This document shows positions 9,890 to 23,076 of a stretch of DNA of 45,931 bases, in pieces. The translations under genes and the position numbers were made by a program. The notes beneath the pieces were generated by a model. It had not been told where the DNA came from, ran no database searches, and saw only the letters and a list, made by a program, of their open reading frames with translations. Position 1 is the stretch's first letter. Each line of letters starts with the position of its first letter. Source of the stretch: Octopus bimaculoides (lineage: Eukaryota); contig NC_069001.1 in assembly GCF_001194135.2 (NCBI RefSeq), forward strand, positions 21,535,008-21,580,938, given 5' to 3'.

Positions 9890-12800
9890 TGTCAAAACAA
9901 TTTATAAAAAAAATCGTAAACGCGATAGTTAGTGTCTTTAAGTATACGTTTTCAAAGTAACTTTTACGTTACAAAGAAGTTAATGCAAAAGAGTCTGAAG
10001 AATAAAGCTAAGGGATGTATCGAAGTCAGAGTATATAACCAAAAGAGAAAATTGTGGAGCGCGAATAGGTGTGTGATGTAGACACGAAGGTGGTTGCAGA
10101 TTGCTAGATGGCGAAATAATCTAGTTAAGCTGATTAGGAGTAGATAGTAATGTAGGACTATGATGGCGAAATATGAGCTGACAATCAAAACTTGTAAAGA
10201 GATTACTTTAGTGAGCCAACAAATTTCCATGACTGTGGACAGTATAAGAAGCTTAATTTGTTATCCAGGATTACTGCTGCATTTATCAGATTTCCTTTGG
10301 GTTCTATTGTAGCCAGTATCAGTCTATGAAGCTCTAAATTTCTACGTTAACTTTGTAATTGCATCAGGATTCTGGCTTTCATAAGAACAATGGTAAATGG
10401 GTTTTACGTAAAATTAGCTGATATAATCTTAATATGCTTTGGTAATAATGGCATTCAAAATTGAGCATTTAAACAGCATATTTTCTACGTTCTGCTGTAT
10501 GAAACAATTCAGCTAAACGTTTAGGAGACTGAATAAAGTAAATATATTTACGACAATATGTAAAATATAGGTTGTCCTTGTAAACATATGTCGCTTTGTT
10601 GTATTTATTATCTTATTGTTAGATTTTAAACGCATCGGAAACAAAGAAATTTAATACCTGTTATATACTTTGAGATTTAGCTGAATGCATTTTCGCCCGG
10701 ACAAATTGTTTTGTACAGGGGAACGAACAGTTCTCATGTCACGGTGGTAATAAATAATCTTTTGAAGCGCCAGTTATGCCAGTTTTGTTATATAAGTAAC
10801 AAATATACAACACAGTATAAGAGTTCAGTAGAAATAACAGCATGTTTGCCTCCCTCTGAATCGATGTCACATTTGATCTTGTATTCATCATCTTGGGATC
10901 AATAAAAATAGTATCACTGAAGTAAGGATGTCCAATAAATCGATGACAAATTGTAATCTTGTGTTACATATTACTGTTAGATTATTTAATTTGAATATTT
11001 GGCGATACTGGCTTTGACATTTTCTAATACAACGGAACTGTAAATACATATACTATTCAAAAGGGCATTGCTACATATATGTAACTTGAGCTAATGTAAA
11101 AGTCATAATCAATGATTTATTATTCATGCTTACTGTTAGAAGTTTCTCCAGTTTTTGTGAACCTTTTTTAAAATTTGACTGAACATCAAGTAAATGTTTT
11201 CTGACCAAGAATTTTATCAGGATGTAAAAAAGCCAAGCAAAACAAAACGAAGCAATGAATCAAACAAACAACAGCAAAAGCCGACAAGAGACACAGTAAA
11301 TGAATTAAACACAAAAATAAATATACATAGCAAATACATTCTACAAAACAAAATAATAAACATCTAAGGAAAATACCATAGTAAACACAATATAAAACGA
11401 GATGATAAAGGAAAACACAGTGACTCTTATTGTTCTAGTTTTACAAAAGACTTTTCCAAAAGAAAAGTCCAAATTATAGACAATAGAATAATGAAATACA
11501 ATAAATGTTTCGAAATACTAAAAAAAAAGCCCCATCATAAATCGACATTTTTTCTTCGTAACAAATATTTTGTCTCCATGAAGCTTCAGTTATTTCAAGA
11601 GGTCAGGTCAAATTTGTGTTTGATACACGTTTCTGTATGTATTTTAACGATCTTGCGGCTGTTAGAATTATTATATTTTGCTAAATATTTTTATAACTAT
11701 CCTATTTGTATATTTTATTGTTACTAGCGTGAACTGTTTGCATTAAAGATTTTATTTTGATATGTTTTCTTTTGTTGATGGTTTTGCTGAAAATGAACGA
11801 AAAAATGTTCAGATCAGAAGGAAACGATATGTGCATGTATCATTATATGTGTGCATCTATTTATGTGTCTGTGTGTATTCTTTATTTGTTTCCTATTTCG
11901 TATATATACACGTTGGTTTGTGAGGAATAGAGAATATGGTAGAGTTTTATAATGATTAAAAGAATGCCAAACCAAAAATTATAAAATAAAATAACAACTA
12001 AAGTGCAAAATTGGAAGGTGGCCAAGTTACACTTCAATACTTGAGTACATGTTGAGATTGACAGAAAACTGGAAACTTAAAAGACATTGATTATCTTAGA
12101 TGTGGGGGTTCAATTTATCCTTTGATTTCTTTTTTATATTTTTGGACGCCAATTTACTTTTTGGCATGTATATATTTTCAAACTTTTGCTTGGTATTTGT
12201 ATTATTAGATATTTTACTTCACATTATTACCTTTTCATAGGATTACACTGAAGTCGTAATCTTAAATTCGTGTCTATTATAAAAGCGTTATTTCGAGAAT
12301 AAATGATGTCTGCTTTACTATTCACTGTTACATATTTTTTAATGTGTCAAGTTTCGTTTTTAGATATTTCTGATGTTTATAATCCCCACGGTGAATTTGG
12401 TATTCGACATAATTTCTAATATTACTTTATTTAAAACAATAGACAAGACGTATTTATCTGAATTATTAAGTGTTATAGAAGCGCTGCTGAGAAACAAGTT
12501 CGCAATATTCTGAACATATTATGCTAGATTGATAATGTCTAATAATAGAAGGCATTATTCTTCAATACCCTGCAGGATTAACATAGACCTGCTGTTGTGT
12601 ATCTGCCTTGCAAAGTCAATTACCAAAGAAAATAAATTCCTTTTAGGTGTATTGTGAAGTATTTTATAAAATGCTTGAGCAGCATGGATATCAATGGTTT
12701 ACAAGTATAAAACGTTATATGAAATAAAAGCAGAATTTGCATTGTTTAGAATGTTGTGCGTTGCAGATGAAGAGATTGGATGTATGGTCTAATTTGGGTT

Positions 12801-14109
12801 CATTTATTCAATAGAAATCAACATGAAAAATATAATTTTGAGTTCTATAGAGGTTGCTCTACCAGCTAAAATTCCAAATGTTACATAATCCTCAAATATT
12901 ACACCATCCAAATCTTCAAAATAACAGGATATAATTGTATAATGTTGACCTGGTTAACATGTTTCTGAAACTCGTGGAATGATCATTCTTGAAATGAAAT
13001 TAATTATAGCTCAACCCAGTCACTGCCGACGAAGAGTTAAACAACAGCATAAGAAAAATACTATTGATATAGCAATATAGAAATGTATATAAATATCCAG
13101 TAGAAAGAAAAATACAAACTGTTAAGTATTTGGTGTTATATTAATAATGACGTTAACATGGTTAAATTTCCCTTCGAATGTCCTGTGAAAGAGGACCTTA
13201 ACTTTTGTCTTTAACAATTCAGTTTATTGTCGGATAGCAGTTACCGACATTATCTAAGTTTGAATAACCGTGGTGTTTATGTAGTGAACCAAATTGTAAG
13301 CAACAATATGGAGAATAATGAAATCATGTGTTCTACGCAATAATGATGTTATAATTTATGAGTCTTCGTTTACAGTAAATTGTTCCGCTTCTAATTTGTA
13401 CTGGACATTTCATATAGAAAGTATGATGTTCGGATGCACATTAAAAACCGCGACAGTTAAATATAAAGAAAAGGCACTTGGAGATATAGCGACAGAAAAA
13501 CGAATGATAGCATTTCCAGGAAAGTAGATAAAGACAAATACTGTAACCATTGAAACAAAGAAGTATATGATTAATATAATTAAGATGACATGAAGATAAA
13601 TTGAGCAAAAAATTGGTAACGATTACGTAAAACGTTTTATAAAATTTACAGTTTCAAAATAGAAAACTTTCGACATTTTAAAAATGGTCTGCAATAACAG
13701 AAGTAATTATTGTAAGAGATATAATTTAAATAGTGAGGTCTAAAATAACACAAGTTTTGCTATAATATTTCTTTCTATTCAGCGACATTTATCATTTTTT
13801 GTGTAGAATTCTGTTTTGAGTGCGTTGCAGGTGTTTTATTTAATCTTAGGTGAAAAGTGCGAGGTCGGCTGTGATAGATTTTTGGATATTCATTGTACTA
13901 CAGAGTATCTGCTGAGTGGGCTGTATTATATAATTCGATGGCAATTACAAATTGTGATCAGTGAATTGATGAATTATAGCATACGTTTACTTGTCAGGAG
14001 ATGAATAGAATATGTAAAATACGTTTACAGTTATATTAATGGACAGAAAATGTGTATGCCAATATCATCATCATCATCATCTTCATCGTCGTCGTCGTCG
14101 TTGTCTTTA

Positions 14110-14272
14110 CCTACTGAGTTCAAATTCTGCCGAGGTCAGTTTTGCCTTTCATCCTTTTGTGGTCGATAAAACAAGTAACCAGTTGTGTACTGGGGTCTAT
14201 ATAATGAACATATCCTCTCCCCCGATATTTCTGGGCTTCATCCCAAATTTGAAGCCATTATTATTATTATGT
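14110..14272 (+). mobile_element. SINE family 2, 5'-truncated, (ATT)n tail
   Basis: ctgagttcaaattctgccgaggtcagttttgcctttcatcc...aaatttgaagccattattatt; preceded by (CAT)n(CGT)n. Confidence 0.85.
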
Positions 14273-14439
14273 TTGCATTAGTTTGGATTGAGTTTGTACA
14301 AGCTGAGTTTAAGTCCCATACAGAGATCCCAAGAGACAGCAAGTTATAAGTTGAAGCGAGCATGATAACTAGGATGGTTGATAATTGCAATGTTTTGCGG
14401 GGAAGAGCGTAGTTCGGTGAGAGGTATATGTATTTAATT

Positions 14440-15030
14440 GTGTACCTTGTGTTAGTAAAAAATATGGTTTTATAAAAGTGTACTTTTGATAATATGTGAA
14501 AAGGTTTGTTTCGGGTTAAATAAACAGTATTTTTCGTTGGAAATGAGCAGTCCTCATGAGTTGTATTTTTTCCAGTTTTGAATTCCCTGGGATATGAGAC
14601 AGCTAACTATCAGCTTCTTATGCTATTATCCCTAGGTCACCTACAGCTACAGATATTTCTCTTGTTTCACAGTTTGCCAATTTCTATTTCGCTAAAATTC
14701 TGGTCGATCTTGACAAATAGATTTATATCAAATATCGATGAGGAGGCATGATTTTCGTCTGAAATCCTCCAATTTAATATCTTTCCAATTTGCATCTATC
14801 TTTCTGTCAGTTTGAACAGAGAAATTCCATAGGAGTGGGATATGATATTAATCAAGCATTGGAGGTGGTTTGTATTCTCACCAGTTTCTATGAATGAACA
14901 AATCTCGGTCTTTGGATATTACCCAGTGGATATACTGAACAGCTCTTTCCTTAATGTTGAGATACTCAGAGGGCGCAAGAAGGCTATACTTGGAGACACC
15001 GTAATTGATGATTTCAGACTGTTGTTGTTG
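14440..15030 (-). mobile_element. R4/Dong-like LINE 3' fragment (RLE domain), copy 1
   Basis: LLAPSEYLNIKERAVQYIHWVI...W*EYKPP...LLWNFSVQTDRKIDAN..DI...RKSCLLIDI...IPGNSKLEKIQLMRTAHFQRKIL across frameshifts. Confidence 0.8.
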
Positions 15031-15034
15031 CTGC

Positions 15035-15253
<219 letters not shown>

Positions 15254-15459
15254 AGAGCACCAGCCTTGATAGCGGCTGGACGTGCTCTTCGATGCTCTGG
15301 CCAGTCAGCAGCTGAAGACACAGCATCACTAATATAATCCAGCAGGAAAACAGAAAAATAAGGAATATATACTATTTCTGTGAGTATTTTAATTTCACTC
15401 AAAATAAGTTAAGAAACTCACATATCGACAGTTTTCGAACACTCAAACGATCAGATTTA

Positions 15460-15871
15460 AAAACTTTAATGTCTACAACTTCTCTTAATACCTATCCTTT
15501 CCTTTCTCCCTGAGTATTCGAAAATGTAAACATCCTTTGTATTCTAAGAACACTACAACTTTCTCTGTTCGGACATACAAAAGATCATCTTTAGTAAATT
15601 TTAAAACTTTAATATCTACAATTTTCTGTGAAAATGTTACTCTCCTTTTCTTTCTTTTCATTCTTCCCTGAGTATTCGAAAATGTAAACATCCTTTTTAT
15701 TGCAAAAACACGACAGTCTTCTCTCATCGGACGTACAAACGAACATCTCCCAAAATTGTAATAAGTTTAATATCTACAATTTTTTGTGAGAATTTTATCT
15801 TTCTTTTTTCCCCTGACTATCCGAATATATAAACAGGCCTTTTATTGTAACAACATAATTAAATGCACGAT
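15460..15871 (+). repeat. Imperfect tandem repeat, about 143-161 bp unit, about 3 copies, running into the gap
   Basis: Unit starts near 15460, 15603 and 15764 share tttaat(a/g)tctacaa...ccctga(g/c)ta(t)tcgaa...taaaca..ccttt..att. Confidence 0.85.
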
Positions 15872-16003
15872 NNNNNNNNNNNNNNNNNNNNNNNNNNNNN
15901 NNNNNNNNNNNNNNNNNNNNNNNNNNNNNNNNNNNNNNNNNNNNNNNNNNNNNNNNNNNNNNNNNNNNNNNNNNNNNNNNNNNNNNNNNNNNNNNNNNNN
16001 NNN
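15872..16003. other. Assembly gap (N run)
   Basis: Direct reading. Confidence 1.
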
Positions 16004-16509
16004 ATATATATATATATAATTATTTTTTCTATCAGTAATTAAAAATAGAACAAGCTGACTTGGTTATTTTCAAGGCGAAGGTCAGCGCTCTCATTGATCA
16101 CTAGTAGTAGTAAACGCATTTGACCTCTGCTGGCCCCAAGGGTGTGAGGCCGCTTTTGTCTCCTTATCGCACATGAATGCCCATTGCTGATAGCTTTACC
16201 ATCTGCCGAATCTATTTACAGACCTGTGGAATTTAATGTATTCACCAAGCTCTCTATCTTGCTCCTACTGTTCGCTTAAACATTCAGATATTTATGATCA
16301 TCTCAAGTACAAAACAAGAGTTGAAACTAAACAACGTTCCATAATACCTTTTAATAATAAATGGAAATAATAATAATTATAGTGGTGGTGATGGCGGTAA
16401 TAATGAAAATAATAATTTAGCGAAAACCTGTCGGATTAGAGGAGAAAATATTAACAATCACAAATAGTAGGAAAAATTAGCATAATATCAGTGATGATAA
16501 TAATAATAA

Positions 16510-19324
16510 TGAAAGGAAGCAGTTGGAATCTCCCCATGTCCTGATTGATGATACATCTAGTGATGGGGTTACAATAAAAACACTGGTAATTGCGTAACCT
16601 GATAATCGCTACTTCATATGAGTGACAATAAAAAAAATTATTGTGAATAATGGTGGTAATGAAACTGAGCCCGGCAGGCTGAGAGATACTGGACCGACTC
16701 CAGCCTGTCGTTATCCAGCGAGGAACCAGCACACACGGCGCAGATGGAACAAACAAATCAATGCTGTGGTCATGCAGTGTTACAACTTGAGCAAGCCCGT
16801 AGACGAATATGGTGTTCATCTTAGGGAATACCGAAAACGTATGAATGATCAATGGAAGACGATTGTTTCAACTCACAGAACAAGGATTATGTGATCAAGC
16901 TAGAGCAATAACAAAACATCGTTGGTTCACAGAAGTAGAGCTCGAAGCCATCAAAAGACAGGCATTGGAAAACAGCAGCAGAGGAAACGATGAGAATACA
17001 GTTCCTATTGATAAAAGTAATCTCATAGCAGAAAGCAGAGGTGCAACTTCTAATTAACAACAAGAAAAGAACAGTGATAGCTTGCTCGATGACTGACATA
17101 TAGATGTTTGGAAGAAGACAATAAAACTAATGGTAACATGATAGATGGGCAAAAGGCAATCTACGACAGAATAAAGCCAAGGCTACAGGAGAAGGACAAC
17201 GACATTATTTGCAACCTTAAAAAGGTCAATCAGTGGAAATTGAACCAAGAAACAAAAACTGTCAATGAAATTCTGAAATACATCAGAACAAAAAATATCA
17301 GAGAAACAAATAATTTGATCAAGGCAGCAAGTATTGTTGTTGCTGAAAATGTGGGTGTTGATGTCAAGAAAAAGAAATATCATGGGAGTAGTAAAAGAAA
17401 AGATCCATGATGGAAAAGAAAAATACAGGCGGGGTTAGATATGCTCCCGAAAGACATTTCTGTGTTAGGCCGAAATGAAAAGGGGAGCTTAAAAGCGAAC
17501 AAAAATACAGGGCACTAAACAGGAAGTATAATATTGAAAGTAAGGGCCTGAAAGTGGTAATGGAGGAAATGCCTCTCCTGATTTCTATTGTCCCTAAACT
17601 TCTTCCATATGCTGTCAGTTTCGTCCTCCAATTCGCCATACTTTTTCCAAACAATCTCTCCACATTCGATACAATACCATCTTCCAAGGTGTCTGCCTGT
17701 CCCCACTGATCTTTGTACTGAGCTTGATACCACTAACACTGATTCTGAGAAAAGCAAAAGCTGGTTATGTATTCAAAAGCTGCCCGCAAAAAGTCGACCA
17801 ATTGTTATTCATGGATGACCTCAAACTTTATGGTAAAGATGAAGCCCAAGTCAGTTCCCTCGTTAATACGGTGTATACTTTCAGTGCTGATATCAGAATG
17901 CAGTTCGGACTGAGAAAGTGCGGGATGTTAGTCTTGTAGAGAGGCACAATCAAATGTATGGACGGGTTAACAATACCGTCGGGGTAGATTATTAAGCAGA
18001 TAGAAAAGACGGGCTATAAGCACTTGGTGATTTTGGAAATGGATAAATTGATGGAGATAGAAATGGCAGAAAAATTTAAGGTGTAGTACTTGCGCAGACT
18101 GAGACTGATCCTTAAGTCGAAATTAAATGGACGGATTAAGATCGACGCTATCAACATCTGAGCGGTTTCACTCCTTAGATATGGAGCAGGGGTAATCGCA
18201 TGGAAAGTAGACGAAATAAACAGTTTATATAGAAAGAAAAGGAAGTTGTTACCTAGATATAGGTCATTCCAACCAAAATGTGACACAGGCAGAATGTATG
18301 CAGCAAGAAAAAGAGGGAGTAGAGGACGTATTGGATGCGAACACAGCATTAGATCAGAAGACAACATCGCATGGTATGTAAAAAATGCCACAGAACCGCT
18401 ATTATTAGAAGTATGAAGGTCAGGTTTGTGAAGGACGAAAGATTGCAAAGATAAAGCACTATACAAGAAATTGAAAACGAATGAAACTGAAAATAGGTGG
18501 GTAAAGAAAAGAATGCATGGTCGATTTCATAGGGATGATGAAGATAAGACAGAGAAAAAAGATGGCTGTGGATAACTAAAAGCGATTTAAAACCAGAAAC
18601 GGAGGCTCTAATCTGTGCTGCCCAAGAGCAAGCACTAAGAACAAACTACATAAAATACAGAATAGACAACACAGCAGGAAGTGATAAGTGCAGAATATGT
18701 GGACAAAACGGTGAAAGCGTATGGTATATTACCTGCCACTTTACGCCACTAACTCAGAAGGAATATAAGAGACGCCATGGCAACATAGCTAGGCTTGTCC
18801 ATTGGACATTTTGCAACAAGTATGGACTTGACAGACCAAAGAATTGGTACGACCACAAACCTGAAGGCATCGTCGAAAATGATAATGCAAAGATCCTGTG
18901 GGATTTTATGATTCAGTGCGACCATAAGATAGAGAATAGGAAGCCAGACATAGTCTTAATTGAGAAAGAAAACAAACTATGCGGGATCATAGATATAGCA
19001 TGCCCGGCTGACAAGAAGGTATGCGATAAGGAAGAAAGAAAAGTCAAGAGATAGGACAGGTTAGCTTGGGAAGGAAAGCAGTTGTGATCGATGAAAAAAG
19101 TAGAAGTACTACCTATAATTATCGGATCCCAGGGAACATTGAGCAAAAATATCGAGAAGTACGTGGAACAAATTGGGGCTGCAATAAAGGTAGAGCACGT
19201 GCAGAACGCAGCTCTAATACTCCGGAAGGTGCTCGGAAAATAAGAGGTGTTACCTTAGTTCACTGGTAGTGAATAGCTGACACTGTAATACGTCTCCAGA
19301 ATTAAAAGCTGTGCAAAAGCAATG

Positions 19325-19326
<2 letters not shown>
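16510..19326 (+). mobile_element. R4/Dong-like non-LTR retrotransposon, near full span but internally deleted and inverted, pseudogenised (copy 2)
   Basis: N-terminal RWNKQINAVVMQCY...YRKRM..W, LTEQGLCDQARAI..W..E.ELE.IK; RT FQG..LSPL..., LLFMDDLKLYGK, GYKHL; CRICGQ zinc knuckle; RLE NRKPDIVLIEKE...IIDIACPADK; ends in (AAT)n. The 5' boundary is approximate. Confidence 0.92.
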
Positions 19327-19387
<61 letters not shown>

Positions 19388-19414
19388 TATTATTATTATT
19401 ATCATTATTATTAT
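19327..19414. repeat. (AAT)n switching to (TTA)n at about 19386 (inverted microsatellite)
   Basis: Direct reading. Confidence 0.98.
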
Positions 19415-19417
19415 AAA

Positions 19418-19920
19418 GATGGAAGTAAAGGTGTCCCCTCAGACTAAAGAAACGGAAGAGTTCCGGAAGAAGATATGTGGCAATAAAAAAGAACATAATG
19501 CTAAAGCTAACTGGACAGAGCGCGCGAAAGTGAGACTGGATGAACTTGAAGAGCAGAAATGGGAAGCAATAGAAATCGAAGGGCTATGATGTGTTGTTAG
19601 GAAGTCTCACAAATGGAAAATCGCAGGACTGGACCGACTTCGTAATTTTGGGCTGAATTGTTTGACAGAAGTACGCCGACATTTCACTGCATCTCTAACT
19701 GATGTCATCCACAGCCCAGAACAACAGCCTATCAGTGACTGAGAAGTCCAGCGCTGAAAGCAGAGACTGAAGGTTTCATATTGGCGGTACAAGAGCAAAG
19801 CTGGCTTAGAAAAAAACTACACGACTGACGTTCTTCAAAACGGTTCTGACCCTAAATGCAGATTCTGCAACACATTTGACGAAATAGTAGACCAGCTCGA
19901 CTCGGGATGTCTTGTGCCTC
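19418..19920 (+). mobile_element. R4/Dong-like LINE fragment with large internal deletion (copy 3)
   Basis: ETEEFRKKICGNKKEHNAKANW...SHKWKIAGLDRLRNF, joined directly to LKAETEGFILAVQEQ...DPKCRFCNTFDEIVDQLDSGC. Confidence 0.85.
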
Positions 19921-19924
19921 TTCT

Positions 19925-21590
19925 AGGCATGCTGCGTGAGCTGTGTTACTTTAAGTGCCAATTTTATTGAGTGTGTGTCAGATATACGTTTGCAAGCCTT
20001 CTTTGTATTTATATTCAAGTTTTGGTATATTGTCCTGTAGATGGATATAGATATTAACTTGATTATGTCTGTGTACATAATGAGATTTGGCTAGACCAGA
20101 CCACCGCAGATGATGTAGTTATCCGTGCCATTGTGCTGATTCTACATTTTGTATTTTTATCTTAGAAACTCTGAAGCATTCCTCTTCTGCTTTTAGTCCA
20201 GAAACTTTGATGATTTTTGGCTTTCATTTGGTTTATTCCTCCCTGTCGAACGTTGCGGAAGATTGGCAGTAAAGTAGTTTTTATTTCTATTTCTTATTTC
20301 GTAGGTTTTTGTAATTATTCGGTTTTCATATTTGTCTGCTAAACCGTTCTTTTGTGTTCTTTAGAGTTATTGTTCCAGTGTACTTTGTTTCTGCTTTGTA
20401 CTTTATCAATTTCTAGTGGAAAGGTTTTGCATTGTTTGTTTTTTCATTTCTTTATTACATATACCAGTTTTCACCTATTTGCTTGAAACTGTTTTCTTCA
20501 GTCTGACAGCAGTGATTCTGTTGTAGATTTCAGCTCGTGTCAGGCCATCTCCTCCTTGCATGCAAGGTTGATATATTTTGCGTGTATCAGCTGTGGAGTA
20601 ATGATTACGATACTTTGTCAGTTGCCCCTGTCTTTTGTTTGTTGTTTAAACTTTTGAACTCATATAGCATCCAGTATATTATATCAAAGTTGAAGTTTAT
20701 GAATGGTATGGATAGCCTATTAACTTATTGACTTATTTTTAGGTATCGAGTTTAGTTTTTAATATTAGTCTATCTCTTCTGCGCGGTATTCCTTCTGAAT
20801 TGGCTCTGTATTGTGCTGAATAGTCATTGTTTTGTTTATTTCTAGGTAGTGTAGGAACGCATGAGATCCACGTCTCTGATTCCAGTGTTTATGATTCGTG
20901 CAATATTCGTAGTGCTAGTTAATTTACCTCTCTTTTATGTTACGGTGGCACGTTCACCTAATACCAAATCCACAAATACGCCTGGCTGGAACTATGGGAA
21001 GTTTTATGAGGTTTTCTACTACATTTTTGTTTAAATCGTCAATATAGAGGACATGATTTATAATGTATTCATATCATCAATAGCCAATGATGATTTCACT
21101 TTGTCAATATGGTTATAAAAACCTAAAAATGGAAGGGAATGACGAAGGCCCTTCGCTATTCCCTCTTCTTATGGTTAAAAGGTTACTTTTAATGATCGTT
21201 TCCTTTATTTTCAATATAGCACATGTTTTCCAATTTCCAACACATAAATGTTATACTTCAGCAATGTTAGGGCTATGTTATTTAACTTGGGTGACTACCA
21301 TATTCATGAGTGTGGAATGGCTACTATTGAAAACATTCCGTTAGAGAAGCCATGCCAATCTGAAGATTGATTCCCTCTATTTACAACAGTAGCTGTTCCT
21401 TAGAGCCTTGTTGTTTCACTAAAAAATAATGATTGGTTTCAGAGGTGTAGCTCGCCAGGTGTGTATTATAGATATGAGTGCCTCATTTGCTGTCCAAAGT
21501 TATGTGATGTGTCAATAATTTTTGCAAGTGTAGAGACTCATAGTTTTAGATTTACAATGTTTTTCTCTCCAGTTTTATTAATCTCTACTT
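19925..21590 (-). mobile_element. Old R4/Dong-like LINE fossil (RT through zinc-knuckle region, copy 4)
   Basis: Minus-strand pieces GSKEQLL, FSIVAIPHS, RRGI, INHVLYIDDL, HSTADTRKIYQPCMQGGDGL, SGLKAEEECF, LAKSHYVHRHNQV occur in the expected order. Confidence 0.8.
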
Positions 21591-22937
21591 ATCATTTTAT
21601 CAAAGGCAACTATAATTATTGCATCTTTAAAATTTTGATCCGAAATTTGTCGATATTTTACAAGCGTAACCCTAGATTATTTTAGACGTTTCAAGCGAAA
21701 ATTATATTAGAATATTCATGCATATCTATCATTTTATATAGCTAAGGAATAGGGTAGGTTTTCTAAAAGTGTGGTTATTGCTAGGTAACTTCAAACGTTA
21801 TTTTATGGAGCTGAAAGAACTCACGAAACAAATGCCATTCTGAATCTTCCCTGAAAGAGACATGTAGGAGATGAAAGGTAATCTTTTTGCCTATTTGTGC
21901 ATTGTCAAGCTCATAAATACTTAACTTCTTCCCTCTAATGTATAGATGGAGATATCACTTTCAGACATCTTAGGCAAAATCTTACTTAGAGGTATCGGGA
22001 CGGTGTATGTAAACCTAACGGTCATCTTTAAGCAAGTACAGCCTAAGGCACATATTCTGATGCTATGTGACATCACACCTGCCCATTAGTTGTTTCCATG
22101 GCGTTCGGCAACGAAGAACACAAGGGCAACCATCAGCATAACCGATTACATAACCCACACATGAATTGTGCCCAAATGTCACTATATACCATGGTATGAC
22201 ACTGACACATTATGGTACTTAGCAACCTTCGCAGTGCAATATGTGTAGATGTCAGGTAGACATAGCTTTTGGTGAATGTGGTTGAGTGGGCATACTGCAC
22301 GTATATATGAGCAGGGAACGCTGCAAAACAATTTAGACGTGCACTATCGAAGACGCTGAGCGGAATATCTTGATACTTAGCATTCAGGGTAGAAGCTATA
22401 CTAATTCGTAAGTTTAACACTGAAACAAAATTATACATTTTTGTGATCTAACACTTACGTCATATAACCTTTGAGTCAGATATGTTATGTATTTGTGTGT
22501 ATATGTTGTTATTGTAAACAGTACAATGGATTTCATGAAATAGCAACAAAGCAGATTAAAAACATATGTCACCTATACATTCTGCCGCATATATTTTCAG
22601 TTCAATAAAACAAGACTGCGTACAACATATATTTTAAAATTTTAAGTTTAATAACACAATTATAAAGTACAAACAGCTTCGAGTACTGCCAAATATTTTA
22701 GTTAACAAACCAGAGATTTGCCAAGTATGAGAAATAGAAAAACAAGACACGCAACTTGGCAATTGAATGCAAACCAAACAAATGTTATTTCTTAAAGCAA
22801 AATTGCATACACCAAGGTAACAGAAAAATGTACCAGCTTCTTAGAAATAATTCGTAAAAAAATATATTAAACATTCCTATTATAATGATTTTCAACCTGC
22901 CAATTTCTGACAAATTTTCCAGTCCACGTTGCAAAGT

Positions 22938-22940
<3 letters not shown>

Positions 22941-22969
<29 letters not shown>

Positions 22970-23002
22970 TCTCTCTCNNNNNNNNNNNNNNNNNNNNNNN
23001 NN

Positions 23003-23070
<68 letters not shown>
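22941..23070. repeat. (CT)n then (TA)n microsatellite containing a gap at 22978-23002
   Basis: Direct reading. Confidence 0.98.

Positions 23071-23076
<6 letters not shown>

Noticed and set aside
9964-10300. Possible CR1/L2 RT fossil (PQSWK, YRPI-like)
   Set aside because: Too degenerate; no further motifs found in order.
12370-14004. FN3-like (PGQHYTI, minus), EGF-like (GEKCEVGC, plus) and other exon-like peptides
   Set aside because: Matches are only 5-8 residues, lie on both strands, have incompatible phases and contain in-frame stops; not supportable without a search.
15460-15871. Repeat array as CRISPR or iterons
   Set aside because: Long diverged units with no short identical repeats or unique spacers, no cas genes, and eukaryotic context.
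16075-16160. HDV-like ribozyme or snoRNA upstream of Dong copy 2
   Set aside because: Only a short ggtca/tgacc stem was seen; no nested double pseudoknot or box motifs could be built.
21134-21164. GC-rich hairpin as a Helitron end or miRNA
   Set aside because: It lies inside the Dong RT RRGI..QG region, there is no CTRR end nearby, and it is too short for a pre-miRNA.
20480-21345. Apparent decayed 7TM GPCR on the plus strand (hydrophobic stretches, DRF-like, ...KTFR)
   Set aside because: The minus strand encodes ordered Dong RT motifs (YIDDL, QGGDGL, PHS, GSKEQLL); the hydrophobic pattern is the antisense of an A-rich LINE.
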